Shown: positions 1-10,126 of the stretch, in pieces
Layout of the letters: each line of letters opens with the position of its first letter
How positions within the stretch are numbered: the first letter of the stretch is position 1
Source: Mycobacteriales bacterium
GTDB lineage: Bacteria > Actinomycetota > Actinomycetes > Mycobacteriales > QHCD01
DNA length: 64,000 nucleotides
Direction: 5' to 3'
Assembly (NCBI GenBank): GCA_036497565.1
Contig: DASXJE010000077.1
Coordinates: 13,570 to 77,569 of the forward strand
The notes under the pieces: generated by a model
The model's input: the letters and a program-made list of their open reading frames with translations, nothing else
Database searches by the model: none
Told to the model about the DNA's origin: nothing
Program-made: the position numbers and the translations under genes

Positions 1-139
1 CAACGTGCAAGCAGCGGCGGTCGAGGCAGGGTTTAGCCGCATCCTCGCCGGCCAGCACACCGCACTCGACGACCAAGCAGGCCAGCAGCTCGGCCACCAG
101 GTCGCCACGTTCGCACTGCATGAACTGAACGCGGGTTAG
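1..139 (+). CDS. 3' end of a gene entering from the left edge; PAP2 / vanadium-haloperoxidase-like phosphatase tail (tentative)
   Basis: The frame is open from the window edge to TAG 137-139, so it is edge-truncated and absent from the ORF track. The tail ...AVEAGFSRILAGQHTALDDQAGQQLGHQVATFAL fits the SR..G.H...D..AG..LG..VA C-terminal motif of PAP2-type enzymes. Confidence 0.3.
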   Translation, partial: NVQAAAVEAGFSRILAGQHTALDDQAGQQLGHQVATFALHELNAG

Positions 140-213
140 GCCGACGTCGGCTGACCCACCTCGACAACATTCTCGAACTGAAATAGCCATCACCTGAAAT
201 AAGGAGTACGCCA

Positions 214-1548
214 ATGTTCGGATACCACGTTCCCGCACCAGACGAAGCGATGCTGATCTCGGGGGGCAAGGCCACGGCCTCCGACGCACCGTTCAGGGTG
301 GTCACCGGACGAGGCGCCTACGTCACGCCGATGTTTCGTAAGGCGCGGTTCATCACCTTGTCGATGTCCGAGGCCGAGGTCGAAGAGAACTGCGTGACGA
401 AGCAGGGCATCGCGCTCAAGGTCAAAGCCGTCATCGCCTTCAAGGTGGGCAATGACACGGAGTCCATTGTCAACGCCTCGCAGCGATTCCTATCCGACCA
501 GTCCCAGATGTCGGTACTGACCGGTCGGATCTTCTCGGGTCACCTCCGCTCGATCATCGGCTCGATGACTGTCGAGGAGATCGTCACCGAGCGGCAGAAG
601 CTCGCGTTCGAGGTGCTGGACGGATCCAAGGGGGAGATGGCCAGGATCGGTCTCACGGTCGACGCGCTCCAGATCCAGTCGATCGATGACATGGGTCTGG
701 GATACGTCGCGGCAATGGCGGCACCGCACAACGCGGCTATCCAGCGAGCAGCAAAGGTCGCAGCCTCGCAGGCCGATCAGGCCGCCGCCGAGGCACACCA
801 GGCGTCCCTGCGAGCTCAGGCCGAATACGCCCGCCAAACCGAGGTGGTCCAAGCCCAGTACGCGGCCGACGTGGAAGCAGCGAAGTCCTCGGCCGCAGCC
901 ACCGCGGCGGCCGCCGCCCAGGCGTCGGCTCGCAACCAGGCCAACTACGAGGCCGAGACCGCAGTCACCCGGTCCAAGGCTGCCCAGATAGCTGCCGAAG
1001 CACAGCAGGAATCCGACCGCAACCAGGCCGACTTCGCCCGCCAAACCGCGGTCGCCAAAGCTACGTTCGCAGCCGAAACCCAAGCGGCTCAAGCCAAAGC
1101 AGACCAATCCGGACCTCTCGCCCACGCCGTGGCGCAGCAGCAAGTAATCGACGCCCAAACGGGTCTAGCCCAGCAAGAGGCCGAACTGACTCGCCAAACG
1201 CTCGTCTCCACCGTCGTACGCCCGGCCGAAGCCGACGCGGATAGAGTCAAGATCCTGGCCGCAGCCGACGCCGAGCGGACCAAGATCCTGGCCGAGGCGG
1301 CCCAGTCGCACAACCGCATTGCACTCGATCAACAACTCATCGCCCAACTCCCGCTCATCGTGGAGAAGGCCGCACAGGGTTTGGCCGGCTCCCACCTGAC
1401 CGTGCTCAACGGATCCGAGGGAGTGACCGAAGTCGTGTCATCACTGGTCGGTCAAGGTCTGGCCATCCTGGACTCGATCAAGCAGGGCTTAGCCGGGCCG
1501 AGCAACTCCAACGGCGCTACCCCGACCTCGCCGGCGCTCAGGTTGTGA
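214..1548 (+). CDS. SPFH/band-7 flotillin-like membrane scaffold protein
   Basis: 444-aa ORF with AAGGAG 7 nt upstream of the ATG. It has an N-terminal SPFH core (KQGIALKVKAVIAFKV, VEEIVTERQKLAFEV) followed by about 200 aa of Ala/Gln/Glu-rich coiled coil, typical of flotillins. Confidence 0.85.
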   Translation: MFGYHVPAPDEAMLISGGKATASDAPFRVVTGRGAYVTPMFRKARFITLSMSEAEVEENCVTKQGIALKVKAVIAFKVGNDTESIVNASQRFLSDQSQMSVLTGRIFSGHLRSIIGSMTVEEIVTERQKLAFEVLDGSKGEMARIGLTVDALQIQSIDDMGLGYVAAMAAPHNAAIQRAAKVAASQADQAAAEAHQASLRAQAEYARQTEVVQAQYAADVEAAKSSAAATAAAAAQASARNQANYEAETAVTRSKAAQIAAEAQQESDRNQADFARQTAVAKATFAAETQAAQAKADQSGPLAHAVAQQQVIDAQTGLAQQEAELTRQTLVSTVVRPAEADADRVKILAAADAERTKILAEAAQSHNRIALDQQLIAQLPLIVEKAAQGLAGSHLTVLNGSEGVTEVVSSLVGQGLAILDSIKQGLAGPSNSNGATPTSPALRL

Positions 1549-1601
1549 TTGCTGCGTGGGCGCCCGGCGCCCGACCAGCATGGCACGGATGCACATCTTG
1601 C

Positions 1602-2357
1602 TCACGTGTGTGTGTGCGGAAGTATCAGCGCAAGCGCGAGGAGCGGCATGGCGATCGAGAGGGTCTTGAGCGCAGTTTCGAGGGGAGCCAGGAGTGTGGT
1701 TCGGTCCAGGGTGTGCTGCGTGCCGTCGGACAGGGTGATCACGCCGCGGACTGTGGTGGCGCGGCGTCGAAGTACGCGAGCAGGCGTACTGAGTCGCCGT
1801 TGTGCATAGGACAGGCCGGTGGCGGCGAGGGCCAGGACAAGCGCACCTGCAGTGACCGGTCGGGTCAGCGGCGGTGATTGGGCCACGAAGCCGACCAGGA
1901 CCGGGAAGCCTCCCCACGCGGCGGCGAAACCCACGTCGGTGTGCAGGTGGCCGCCGAACAGTTCGAGGTTGTAGCCCACCACCAGGATCACGCCGAGCGC
2001 GATACAGGGAAGGAGCAGCGGGCCGCTGTACGGCACTGCTAGAGCGCCGAGCAGCACCGCGCCGGCCAGGCTTACCGACGTGACGATCCACAAGGTCCGG
2101 GTACTGATTGCGGTGCCGAGCGGACGCCCATGCAGCTCATCGAGAGCGTGCGCGGCGAGACCGACCGCGAGGAAAAAAGCGAAGACTGTGCTGGCGAGCA
2201 CCGTCCAGGACAGGCGCGGCGCGAGGGCCGCTCCCATGACGACGTAGCTGAGGTGCCACAGCGTGTATGGCGGGTGGAGCAACGTCCACCAGTCCGCTCG
2301 TTTTCCGCCGCGGCGCCCGTAGAACGCGGCGCCGGGCGACGCCAGGCGGTCAACCAT
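1602..2357 (-). CDS. polytopic integral membrane protein, function unknown
   Basis: Hydrophobic ORF with about 7 predicted TM stretches. I chose the ATG at 2357 (MVDRLASPG...), which overlaps the upstream methyltransferase stop (2350-2352) by 8 nt. The track start at 2387 is also possible. Confidence 0.6.
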   Translation of the reverse strand: MVDRLASPGAAFYGRRGGKRADWWTLLHPPYTLWHLSYVVMGAALAPRLSWTVLASTVFAFFLAVGLAAHALDELHGRPLGTAISTRTLWIVTSVSLAGAVLLGALAVPYSGPLLLPCIALGVILVVGYNLELFGGHLHTDVGFAAAWGGFPVLVGFVAQSPPLTRPVTAGALVLALAATGLSYAQRRLSTPARVLRRRATTVRGVITLSDGTQHTLDRTTLLAPLETALKTLSIAMPLLALALILPHTHT

Positions 2358-3096
2358 CGACCTTGCGCCCCCACATAACGAGCCCACCGCCGAGGCTCAT
2401 CGCCCGGCTCGTGACCGCCTCCAGCCCGGCGGCACGCCACATCTCCTGCAGCCGCCCGACGGGGTACTGCTCGTAGAACCCGCTGATCGACGGGCCGAGG
2501 AAACGACCCACCTCGTACCATTCCCGCCCACCGGTCAGCAGCCCGGCCAACGGCAGCACAACGCGGGTGTAACCGACCCAACTGACGCGCCACCAAGGTT
2601 TGGCGGGCACCGCGAACTCGAGGTTGGCAACGTACCCGCCCGGGCGCACGACACGCGCCAACTCCCGCATCGTCGCCGCCGGGTCCGCTACGTAGCGCAA
2701 CAGATAGGTGAAGGTCAGCGCGTCGAACGTGTCCTCAGGAAACGGCAACTGCTCACCGCGTGCGACGAGCAGGCTGATGCGATCGGCCTTGCCCCGCTGG
2801 ATAATCCGCTCGCGGCCACGGCGCAGCATCTGCTCGGTGAGATCAACCCCGGTGACCGAGGCCGCGGTACGGTCGCTCAGCATGAGGGCCACGCCACCGG
2901 TCCCGGTGGCCACATCGAGCACTCGCCGCGGGGGTCGATCCATCCCGGCCACCGCGTCGACCATCGCCGCACGCCAGCGGCGGTTCTGGCCGAACGAGAG
3001 CACCTCGGCCAGCAGGTCGTACCGACCGGCCAGCCCGTCGAATAACTCGCGGGCGAACTCGTTCGGCGCAGTTCTCGAACGTCTCAACGAACTCAA
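2350..3096 (-). CDS. class I SAM-dependent methyltransferase, UbiE/MenG-like
   Basis: 248 aa with SAM motif I VLDVATGTGGVAL. The overall pattern (GRYDLLAEVLSFGQNRRWR ... LLRYVADP ... RPGG) matches the UbiE/COQ5 family. Confidence 0.85.
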   Translation of the reverse strand: MSSLRRSRTAPNEFARELFDGLAGRYDLLAEVLSFGQNRRWRAAMVDAVAGMDRPPRRVLDVATGTGGVALMLSDRTAASVTGVDLTEQMLRRGRERIIQRGKADRISLLVARGEQLPFPEDTFDALTFTYLLRYVADPAATMRELARVVRPGGYVANLEFAVPAKPWWRVSWVGYTRVVLPLAGLLTGGREWYEVGRFLGPSISGFYEQYPVGRLQEMWRAAGLEAVTSRAMSLGGGLVMWGRKVDG

Positions 3097-3322
3097 CTCG
3101 CACTCCCCTCACTCATGGGAAGGCACCCCGCCATGCCGCACTTCGACGCCGTCATCGTAGGCGCCGGGCCCGCCGGCAGCACCGCCGCTGCGCCGACCAA
3201 ATCTGCGCCGCCGTCACTGAGGTGATCGGGCCGCGCCCGGCACGAACGGCCGTCGCCGGGCCGCGATGCCGGACGGCGCGTTCTGCCGGCGGTCGGTGGG
3301 CTGATGCCGGCTCTCTACGCGA

Positions 3323-5410
3323 TCAAGCACGTGGCCGCGACCCGGCCGGGACGGCGCGGCTCATCGGCGCGGCCTCCGGTGCGGAACCGTCCGTGCTGTT
3401 CCCCGATTTGGCTACGCCGCTCAGCTCGGCGAGTGCGGTGGTGAAGTGCTCGGCCAGTGTCCAGGGATCGGCGGCGATGTCCGGGCAGGTGATGATGCCG
3501 ATGTCGATGTGGCCGTTGTAGGACATGACTGTGATGTTCACGCCGCCGCTGATGTCGCTGATCACGGAGACGGGGTAGGTGGCGGTTACCCGGGCGCCGG
3601 CGGCGTAGAGCGGCACTTGCGGGCCGGGCACGTTGGAGACGAGCAGGTTGCACAGTGGCGGCGCGAGCCGCGCGGCGCGTACGAGCAGTCGCGTCGCCGT
3701 GCCGTGCAGCAGTTGCGGGATTGCCGCGGCGGCGTGGTGTAGCAGTCGCGGCGGGCGCTGCGCGAAGCGGGACTTCGCGTCGCGCACTGCCGTGCGCAGC
3801 GCGTCGATGCGGTCCGCCGGGTCGCCGATGTGGGTCGGCAGGTCGGTGAGCATGAGCGAGATCTGGTTGCCGGCGGTGCCGATTTGCTCGGGGCTGCGTA
3901 CCGATACCGGGATCGCAGCGACGAGCGGGCGGGCGGGCAGTGTGCCTTGATCGTGCAGCCAGCGTCGTAGGACGCCGGTGCACAGGGCCAGCGCGACGTC
4001 GTTGAGGGTGAGTTCGAGGGCGTCCCTGACCAGCTTGATCTCGGCCAGTGGCAGCGAGATGAACGCGAACGCCCGGCGTGCGGTGAGCGGATCGTTGAAC
4101 GGGGTAGCTGGAGCGCGGTGCAAGCGCGAGGTTGCCGCCAGCCGCGCCAGGTCCGGCACGGCTGCCGACCGCGCAGCGCGGGCAAGTGACAGTGCCTGGC
4201 CGCTGCTGTGTGTCAATGTCTGGCGCAGCATCTCGGCCGGCCCCGGTTCACGCTCGGGACGGGGCGCTTGGCGAGGCGGCGGTACGTCGCGCGGTTGCGG
4301 GTCGAGGTCGAAGAGCACGCCGAGGACATCGGCGCCGGACACTCCGTCGACCACCGCGTGGTGCACCTTCGCGTACACGGCCTGGTGGCCCCCGGCCAGG
4401 CCGTGCAATAGGTAGATCTGCCAGAGCGGGACGTCGCGCTCCAACGGCTCCTGCGCGAGGCGCGCCACGGCCTCGCCCAATTGAACCTCGTCACCCGGAG
4501 CGGCAACCCGGACCTCCGTGACGTGGTCGTCCAGGTCCGGCGTGGCCACGTCGATCCAGTACGGCAGGCCCAGGCCGAACGGCACGAGGTGCAACCGCCA
4601 ACGCAGCGCCGGGACCAGATGAAGCCGCGCCGCCAGCAATGCCCGCAGGCTCTCCACGGTGACCTGACCGCCGGGAGCGGTGGCCGGGTCGAGCATGATC
4701 AGGACACCGACGTGCGTCGGGGCCGTCCGGCTCTCGGCGTTGAGGAACTGCACGTCCAGGGCGCTCAGTCTGCGTCGGGCCGCCGGCACCTCGGGTGCGG
4801 AGGCGTCCTCCACTCGGTGCGCCGCGGCAAGGAGGTCGAGCAGCGCCGGGACGCGAGCCAGCTCCACGTCGGTGAACGGGCCCCACTGGCGTGTCGCGAG
4901 CAGGCTGTGCCCGGCACGATCGGTGATCACGGCGCAGTGACCGTTGCGCTCGAGCCTGATCGGGGCTGGCCGGCCGCCGCGCGGCCCGGCCGCGGTCACC
5001 GGCCGGACCGAGTCTGCGGACAGCAGCCGACGCAGCGCATCGGCCAGCCTGTTCTCGTCGGTCACGGTCTGCGTCGCGGCCCGCAATGCCGCCGTCTGCA
5101 TATCCAGCAGCTCTTCAACGCCTGCCGGCACCACTCCCACACAGCGGCCACCGGCGTTGTCGATCAGAGCAGCCAACTGGTCGCGGCCCAAAGCCGGCGG
5201 GACGCGCAGGACCAGGTCATCGATCACCAACGGGTGGCCGGTTCCCGGCGGGCTGGGGACCGGCAGCACGGACAGCGCCAGCAGGTTGCAGCCGTGGTCG
5301 GCCAGCTGAACGGCCAGTGCAGCCAGCGCACCCGGATGATCGCTCAGCTCGACCCGGATCAGCCAGAGCCGGCCGGTGCCGAGAAGGTCTGGGATCTGCG
5401 CGCCGTCCAT
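3323..5410 (-). CDS. wax-ester synthase/diacylglycerol acyltransferase (WS/DGAT) with an N-terminal ACT-like extension of about 215 aa
   Basis: 695-aa uninterrupted ORF. It carries the catalytic HHxxxDG motif (VHHAVVDGVSG) and a typical WS/DGAT N-terminus (RRLSALDVQFLNAE) starting near residue 213. Residues 1-90 (LWLIRVELSDHPGALAALAVQLADHGCNLLALSVL) look like an ACT fold. In-frame GTGs at 4813 and 4789 could give a shorter product. Confidence 0.8.
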   Translation of the reverse strand: MDGAQIPDLLGTGRLWLIRVELSDHPGALAALAVQLADHGCNLLALSVLPVPSPPGTGHPLVIDDLVLRVPPALGRDQLAALIDNAGGRCVGVVPAGVEELLDMQTAALRAATQTVTDENRLADALRRLLSADSVRPVTAAGPRGGRPAPIRLERNGHCAVITDRAGHSLLATRQWGPFTDVELARVPALLDLLAAAHRVEDASAPEVPAARRRLSALDVQFLNAESRTAPTHVGVLIMLDPATAPGGQVTVESLRALLAARLHLVPALRWRLHLVPFGLGLPYWIDVATPDLDDHVTEVRVAAPGDEVQLGEAVARLAQEPLERDVPLWQIYLLHGLAGGHQAVYAKVHHAVVDGVSGADVLGVLFDLDPQPRDVPPPRQAPRPEREPGPAEMLRQTLTHSSGQALSLARAARSAAVPDLARLAATSRLHRAPATPFNDPLTARRAFAFISLPLAEIKLVRDALELTLNDVALALCTGVLRRWLHDQGTLPARPLVAAIPVSVRSPEQIGTAGNQISLMLTDLPTHIGDPADRIDALRTAVRDAKSRFAQRPPRLLHHAAAAIPQLLHGTATRLLVRAARLAPPLCNLLVSNVPGPQVPLYAAGARVTATYPVSVISDISGGVNITVMSYNGHIDIGIITCPDIAADPWTLAEHFTTALAELSGVAKSGNSTDGSAPEAAPMSRAVPAGSRPRA

Positions 5411-5603
5411 ACTGCCGAGGCTGCCCAGGCTGTGTTGCCGGCAGGTCAGACCACGATGTCGGAGAGGTAAGCACGCAGCGGGGCCGGATCACGGCCGAGT
5501 CCTGCATCGGCTGTGTTCGCGAGCCTGGCCCCGACGCGGGACTGTCGGGACTGACCCCGAGGCATGTCATCGAGCTGTAACTCGCCGGGCATAGCGTGCA
5601 CTC

Positions 5604-5906
5604 ATGCGCCTCACCCAGCATGAGCAGGAGCGGCTGCTGATAACTCTGGCCGGCGACGTTGCGCGCCGGCGCCGGGACCGCGGGCTCAAGCTCAACCATC
5701 CCGAGGCGGTCGCGATCCTGACCTGCTTCGTGCTCGAGGGCGCGCGGGACGGACGCAGCGTCGCCGACCTCATGCAGGCCGGCCGGCACGTGCTCGCCCG
5801 CGACGACGTGCTGCCCGGCGTTGCGGAGCTGATCGAGTCCGTCCAGGTCGAGGCTACGTTCCCGGACGGCACGAAGCTGGTCACGCTGCATGGGCCGATT
5901 CCGTGA
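5604..5906 (+). CDS. ureA: urease gamma subunit
   Basis: 100 aa, [13 protein letters not shown]...LNHPEAVA...[13 protein letters not shown], with near-canonical UreA residues throughout. Confidence 0.97.
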   Translation: MRLTQHEQERLLITLAGDVARRRRDRGLKLNHPEAVAILTCFVLEGARDGRSVADLMQAGRHVLARDDVLPGVAELIESVQVEATFPDGTKLVTLHGPIP

Positions 5907-6214
5907 TCCCGGGCCAGGTCTGGACTGCGGTCGGCACGATCCAGCTCGCCGTGGGGCGTGCACGCATCGAGATCACGGTCGAGAACACCGGCGACCGCCC
6001 TGTCCAGGTCGGCTCGCATTACCACTTCGCGGCCGCCAATCCGGCGCTTCAGTTCGACAGAGCCGCGGCGCGCGGCTTCCGGCTCGACATACCGGCAGGT
6101 ACGTCGACCCGGTTCGAGCCGGGCATGACGCGGCGGGTCACGCTCGTCGCAGTCGCCGGCCGACGCGTCATCCCCGGGCTACGTCCAGAACACAGCGGAC
6201 CGCTGGATGGCTGA
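5903..6214 (+). CDS. ureB: urease beta subunit
   Basis: 103 aa, MIPGQV...[15 protein letters not shown]...[18 protein letters not shown]. The GTG start overlaps the ureA stop (GTGA). Confidence 0.97.
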   Translation: MIPGQVWTAVGTIQLAVGRARIEITVENTGDRPVQVGSHYHFAAANPALQFDRAAARGFRLDIPAGTSTRFEPGMTRRVTLVAVAGRRVIPGLRPEHSGPLDG

Positions 6215-7931
6215 GCTCTCGCGTGCGCGGTATGCCCAGCTGTATGGACCGACGACAGGCGACCGCATCCGGCTTGCCGACACCGACCTGCTGATCGAGG
6301 TCACCGAGGACCGCTGCGGTGGGCCGGGGGCGCTCGCCGGCGACGAGGCGGTGTTCGGTGGCGGCAAGGTGATCCGTGAGTCGATGGGCCAGTCGCGCGC
6401 GACGCGTGCCGACGGAACGCCGGACCTCGTGCTCACCGGCGTGGTTGTCCTCGACCACTGGGGCGTGATCAAGGCGGACGTCGGCGTCCGGGACGGCCGC
6501 ATCGTCGCGCTCGGGAAGGCCGGGAACCCGGACACGATGGACGGTGTAACCCCCGGACTCGTGATCGGGCCGTCGACCGAGATCATCGGCGGCAATGGCT
6601 TGATCCTGACCGCCGGCGGGGTCGACAGCCACGTCCACCTCATCGCGCCGCAGCAACTGCCGGTCGCGCTCTCGGCCGGCATCACCACGCTGATCGGTGG
6701 CGGCACGGGCCCGGCGGAGGGGACGAAGGCCACCACGGTCAGCCCAGGTGGGTTCTGGATCGCGATGATGATGCGGGCGCTGACCGAGTGGCCGGTCAAC
6801 GTTGCACTGCTCGGCAAGGGCAACACGGTCAGCAGCGAAGGCCTGTGGGAGCAGCTGCGCGCCGGAGCCGCCGGTTTCAAGCTGCACGAGGACTGGGGCA
6901 CCACGCCGGCCGCGATCGACGCCTGCCTCACCGTCGCGCAGCGGGCCGGCGTGCAGGTCGCGATCCACACCGACACGCTCAACGAGGCCGGCTATCTGGA
7001 ATCCACGCTGACCGCGATCGCCGGCCGGACGATCCACACCTACCACACTGAGGGTGCCGGCGGTGGGCACGCGCCGGACATCATCCGGGTGGCCGCACAC
7101 AGCAACGTGCTGCCTTCCTCGACCAACCCGACGCGGCCGTACACGATCAACACCCTCGACGAGCACCTCGACATGCTGATGGTCTGCCACCACCTCAAGC
7201 CGTCGATCCCCGAGGACCTTGCCTTCGCCGAGTCGCGCATCCGTCCGTCGACGATGGCTGCCGAGGACGTCCTGCATGACCTCGGTGCGATCTCGATGAT
7301 CGGCTCCGATTCGCAGGCGATGGGCCGGGTCGGGGAGACGATCATCCGCACTTGGCAGACCGCGCATGTCATGAAGCGCCGCAGAGGCGCGCTACCCGGA
7401 GATGGTGCCGCGGACAACCTGCGCGCGCGTCGCTACGTCGCGAAGTACACCATCGCGCCGGCGGTAACCCACGGCTTGAACACCGAAATTGGCTCTGTCG
7501 AGCCGGGCAAGCTCGCCGACCTCGTGCTCTGGGAGCCGGCGTTCTTCGGCGTCCGGCCGCATCTCGTGCTCAAGGCCGGCGTGATCGCCCACGCGAACAT
7601 GGGCGACGCCAATGCCTCCATCCCGACGCCGCAGCCGCAGCTGCCACGGCCGATGTTCGGAGCGTACGGCGGGATGTCGGCGCGACTCGGGTTGCAGTTC
7701 GTCGCGCCCGCCGCACTCGACGACGGGCTGGCCGCACGCTGGTCGAGCGAGCGCCCGTTGGTGCCGATCCGTGACGTGAGCCGGCTGACCAAGGCCGACC
7801 TGCCGCAGAACGATGCGCTGCCCTCGATCGACGTCGACCCAGAGACGTTCGCGGTGCACGTCGACGGCGAGCGCATCGAACCCGACCCGGCGACCGAGCT
7901 GCCGATGGCGCAGCGCTACTTCCTGTTCTGA
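6207..7931 (+). CDS. ureC: urease alpha (catalytic) subunit
   Basis: 574 aa with the Ni-site motifs [45 protein letters not shown] and MVCHHL. The start overlaps the end of ureB. Confidence 0.98.
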   Translation: MAELSRARYAQLYGPTTGDRIRLADTDLLIEVTEDRCGGPGALAGDEAVFGGGKVIRESMGQSRATRADGTPDLVLTGVVVLDHWGVIKADVGVRDGRIVALGKAGNPDTMDGVTPGLVIGPSTEIIGGNGLILTAGGVDSHVHLIAPQQLPVALSAGITTLIGGGTGPAEGTKATTVSPGGFWIAMMMRALTEWPVNVALLGKGNTVSSEGLWEQLRAGAAGFKLHEDWGTTPAAIDACLTVAQRAGVQVAIHTDTLNEAGYLESTLTAIAGRTIHTYHTEGAGGGHAPDIIRVAAHSNVLPSSTNPTRPYTINTLDEHLDMLMVCHHLKPSIPEDLAFAESRIRPSTMAAEDVLHDLGAISMIGSDSQAMGRVGETIIRTWQTAHVMKRRRGALPGDGAADNLRARRYVAKYTIAPAVTHGLNTEIGSVEPGKLADLVLWEPAFFGVRPHLVLKAGVIAHANMGDANASIPTPQPQLPRPMFGAYGGMSARLGLQFVAPAALDDGLAARWSSERPLVPIRDVSRLTKADLPQNDALPSIDVDPETFAVHVDGERIEPDPATELPMAQRYFLF

Positions 7932-7935
7932 GTCA

Positions 7936-8565
7936 ATGGACGCGCTCCTGCTGCTGTTGCTCGACTCGCGGTCCCCGGCGGGCGCGCACTCGCACTCGAG
8001 CGGGATGGAGCCGGCCATCGTGCACGGCCTCGTGCACGACCTCGTCGACGTCGAGCAGTTCTGCCGGACCCGACTGCGCACGGCCGGGCTGGTCGCCGCC
8101 GACTTCGCGGCGAACGCCTGTGCGCTCGGCCCGCACGCTCCGACGTCGGCGTGGCACGCTCTCGACGCCGAGTTCGAGGCGCGCATGCCGTCCGAGGCGC
8201 TGCGTGCCGCATCCCGGCAACTCGGCAAGGGGCTGCGCCGCCTGGTCTGCGCCATGCTGCCCGGCTGCGAGCTGCCGGCCGTACACCACCCGCTCGTGCT
8301 GGGCGCGGCGGTCGCAGCGGCCGGTGGCACACCCGATCTCGCCGCCAGGGCCGCGGCACTCGGCACGATCACCGTCCCGGCCAGCGCCGCCGTTCGACTG
8401 CTCGGCCTCGACCCGTTCGCCGTACAGGCGATGCTCGCCCGCCTCGCCTGCGAGATCGCCGCCATACCCCTGTCCGGCGGTGAGCTGCGCGCCGACAGCG
8501 CACCCGCACTCGACCTGCTCGCCGATCTCCACCACACCGCGGAGGTGCGTCTCTTTGCGTCCTGA
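7936..8565 (+). CDS. ureF: urease accessory protein UreF
   Basis: ATG at 7936, 5 nt after the ureC stop. [25 protein letters not shown] is a UreF-type N-terminus. The track ORF starting at 7813 overlaps ureC and is judged too long. Confidence 0.85.
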   Translation: MDALLLLLLDSRSPAGAHSHSSGMEPAIVHGLVHDLVDVEQFCRTRLRTAGLVAADFAANACALGPHAPTSAWHALDAEFEARMPSEALRAASRQLGKGLRRLVCAMLPGCELPAVHHPLVLGAAVAAAGGTPDLAARAAALGTITVPASAAVRLLGLDPFAVQAMLARLACEIAAIPLSGGELRADSAPALDLLADLHHTAEVRLFAS

Positions 8566-9247
8566 CTGGCTGCGGCCACCGCGGCACAACGACCACCACT
8601 CACACGCCCATCCGGCCGGAGGCGCCCCGGCCCGTTCCCGCGTCCCTCGGATCGGTATCGGCGGGCCGGTCGGCAGCGGAAAGACCGCGCTCGTCGCCGC
8701 GCTGTGCCGCGCACTCGCCGACGAGCTGACGATCGGCGTCGTCACCAATGACATCTACACCACCGAGGACGCCGACTTCCTGCGTCGCGCCGCCGTCTTG
8801 CCCGTTGAGCGGATCCGCGCCGTGCAGACCGGCGCCTGCCCGCACACCGCAATCCGCGACGACATCAGCGCCAACCTCGACGAGGTCGAGGCGCTCGAAG
8901 CCGACTACCCGGAGCTCGACCTCGTCCTCCTCGAGAGCGGCGGAGACAACCTCACCGCAACGTTCTCCTACGGCCTGGTCCACCGCCAGATCTTCGTCGT
9001 CGACGTGGCCGGCGGCGACAAGGTCCCGCGAAAGGGCGGGCCGGGCGTAACCCGCTCGGACCTGCTCGTCATCAACAAGACCGACCTGGCGTCACTGGTC
9101 GGCGCCGATCTCGGCGTTATGCAGCGCGACGCCGCAGCCGTGCGCGACGGCCGCCCGGTGGTGTTCACCTCGCTGACCGCCGACCCGCTCGCCACCGACG
9201 TCGCGACCTGGGTCCGCGAGACCTGCCTCATCCCGGGCCGACCTTGA
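8555..9247 (+). CDS. ureG: urease accessory GTPase UreG (start uncertain)
   Basis: P-loop [14 protein letters not shown], then TNDIYT, ESGGDNL and INKTDL. A His-rich N-terminus ([10 protein letters not shown]) is present. The only plausible in-frame start near the end of ureF is TTG at 8555. The upstream part of the 8120 ORF is an out-of-frame overlap with ureF. Confidence 0.9.
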   Translation: MRPDWLRPPRHNDHHSHAHPAGGAPARSRVPRIGIGGPVGSGKTALVAALCRALADELTIGVVTNDIYTTEDADFLRRAAVLPVERIRAVQTGACPHTAIRDDISANLDEVEALEADYPELDLVLLESGGDNLTATFSYGLVHRQIFVVDVAGGDKVPRKGGPGVTRSDLLVINKTDLASLVGADLGVMQRDAAAVRDGRPVVFTSLTADPLATDVATWVRETCLIPGRP

Positions 9248-9960
9248 TCGCGACCGCGCACGCGACCGTCGCCGCGAACGGGGTGCTGGCCGAGGTGCGC
9301 AGCGAGCCGCCGTTGACGCTTCGCCAGGTCCGTGCCGAGCAGGAGGGCACGTGCGCGCTGTGCCTCGTCGGCTCGGCGGCCGGGCCACTGGCCGGCGACG
9401 AGCGGACGCTCCGCGTGACCGCGCTGCCCGGTGCGCGGGCCACCATCACTGCAGCCGGCGCACAACTCGCACAAGGACGGGATGCCGACTGCGTGTCCAC
9501 CTGCCGGACCGAGTTGGTGCTCGGCGAGCAGGCCACGCTCACCGGAGACACGGGTCCGCTCATCGTTGCCGCAGGCGCCCGGACGCACGTGGAGGTGTCG
9601 ATAACCGTCGCGGCGACCGCACGGCTCGACTGGCGCGAGGTCGTCGTGCTCGGACGCAGCGCCGAGCCGCTGGGCCGCGCCCTGATCCGCTGGGACGTCG
9701 TCCGCGACGGGACGCCCCTTCTGCGGCAGAGCGTCGACCTCACCGGCGAGCCCGGCCTGCTGCTCGCCGGCCGCCGGGTGCTCGCGTCGTGCCTGCTCAC
9801 CGGGCCGGGCCTCGCGGCGCGAACAGTCGTCCGGCACGCCACAGCAGCGGCAGCCAAGCTCGCCGACGACGCCGTGCTGATCACCGTCCTGGCAGCGGAC
9901 GCCGCCGCCGCCGCCAACGACCTCCAAGCGCTGCGCGCGGCCGTCGCAATAGGGGCCTGA
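9244..9960 (+). CDS. ureD: urease accessory protein UreD/UreH
   Basis: 238 aa following ureG with a TTGA start/stop overlap. Its position and its length and composition are typical of actinobacterial UreD in ureABCFGD clusters. Confidence 0.8.
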   Translation: MIATAHATVAANGVLAEVRSEPPLTLRQVRAEQEGTCALCLVGSAAGPLAGDERTLRVTALPGARATITAAGAQLAQGRDADCVSTCRTELVLGEQATLTGDTGPLIVAAGARTHVEVSITVAATARLDWREVVVLGRSAEPLGRALIRWDVVRDGTPLLRQSVDLTGEPGLLLAGRRVLASCLLTGPGLAARTVVRHATAAAAKLADDAVLITVLAADAAAAANDLQALRAAVAIGA

Positions 9961-10126
9961 TGGGACGGGGATATGGGGGTTGCGGCACCCGGGAACGCCG
10001 CGCACTGGTCATCTCTTAGTCATCCAACAGGCATCTCGGTAAGTGGTCCGGTACAGATTTGGTACAGATCCCACCCACCGGTAGCGGCCCCGGCACCGAC
10101 TTTCCCGGACGGGTCAGCCCGTCCGT

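Noticed and set aside
1606-1620. (GT)n microsatellite-like run gtgtgtgtgtg at the 3' end of the membrane gene
   Set aside because: There are only about 5 units, which is within chance expectation, and no evidence of a functional role.
5411-5603. GlnR-type nitrogen box upstream of ureA
   Set aside because: Only one GTAAC half-site (near 5578) is present, and the expected GaAAc partner at 6-nt spacing is absent. The evidence is insufficient.
10106-10125. Hairpin cggacggg-tcag-cccgtccg as the ureD terminator
   Set aside because: It lies 145 nt downstream of the ureD stop, has no U-tract on either strand, and sits inside the transposase-remnant region, so its function is unclear.
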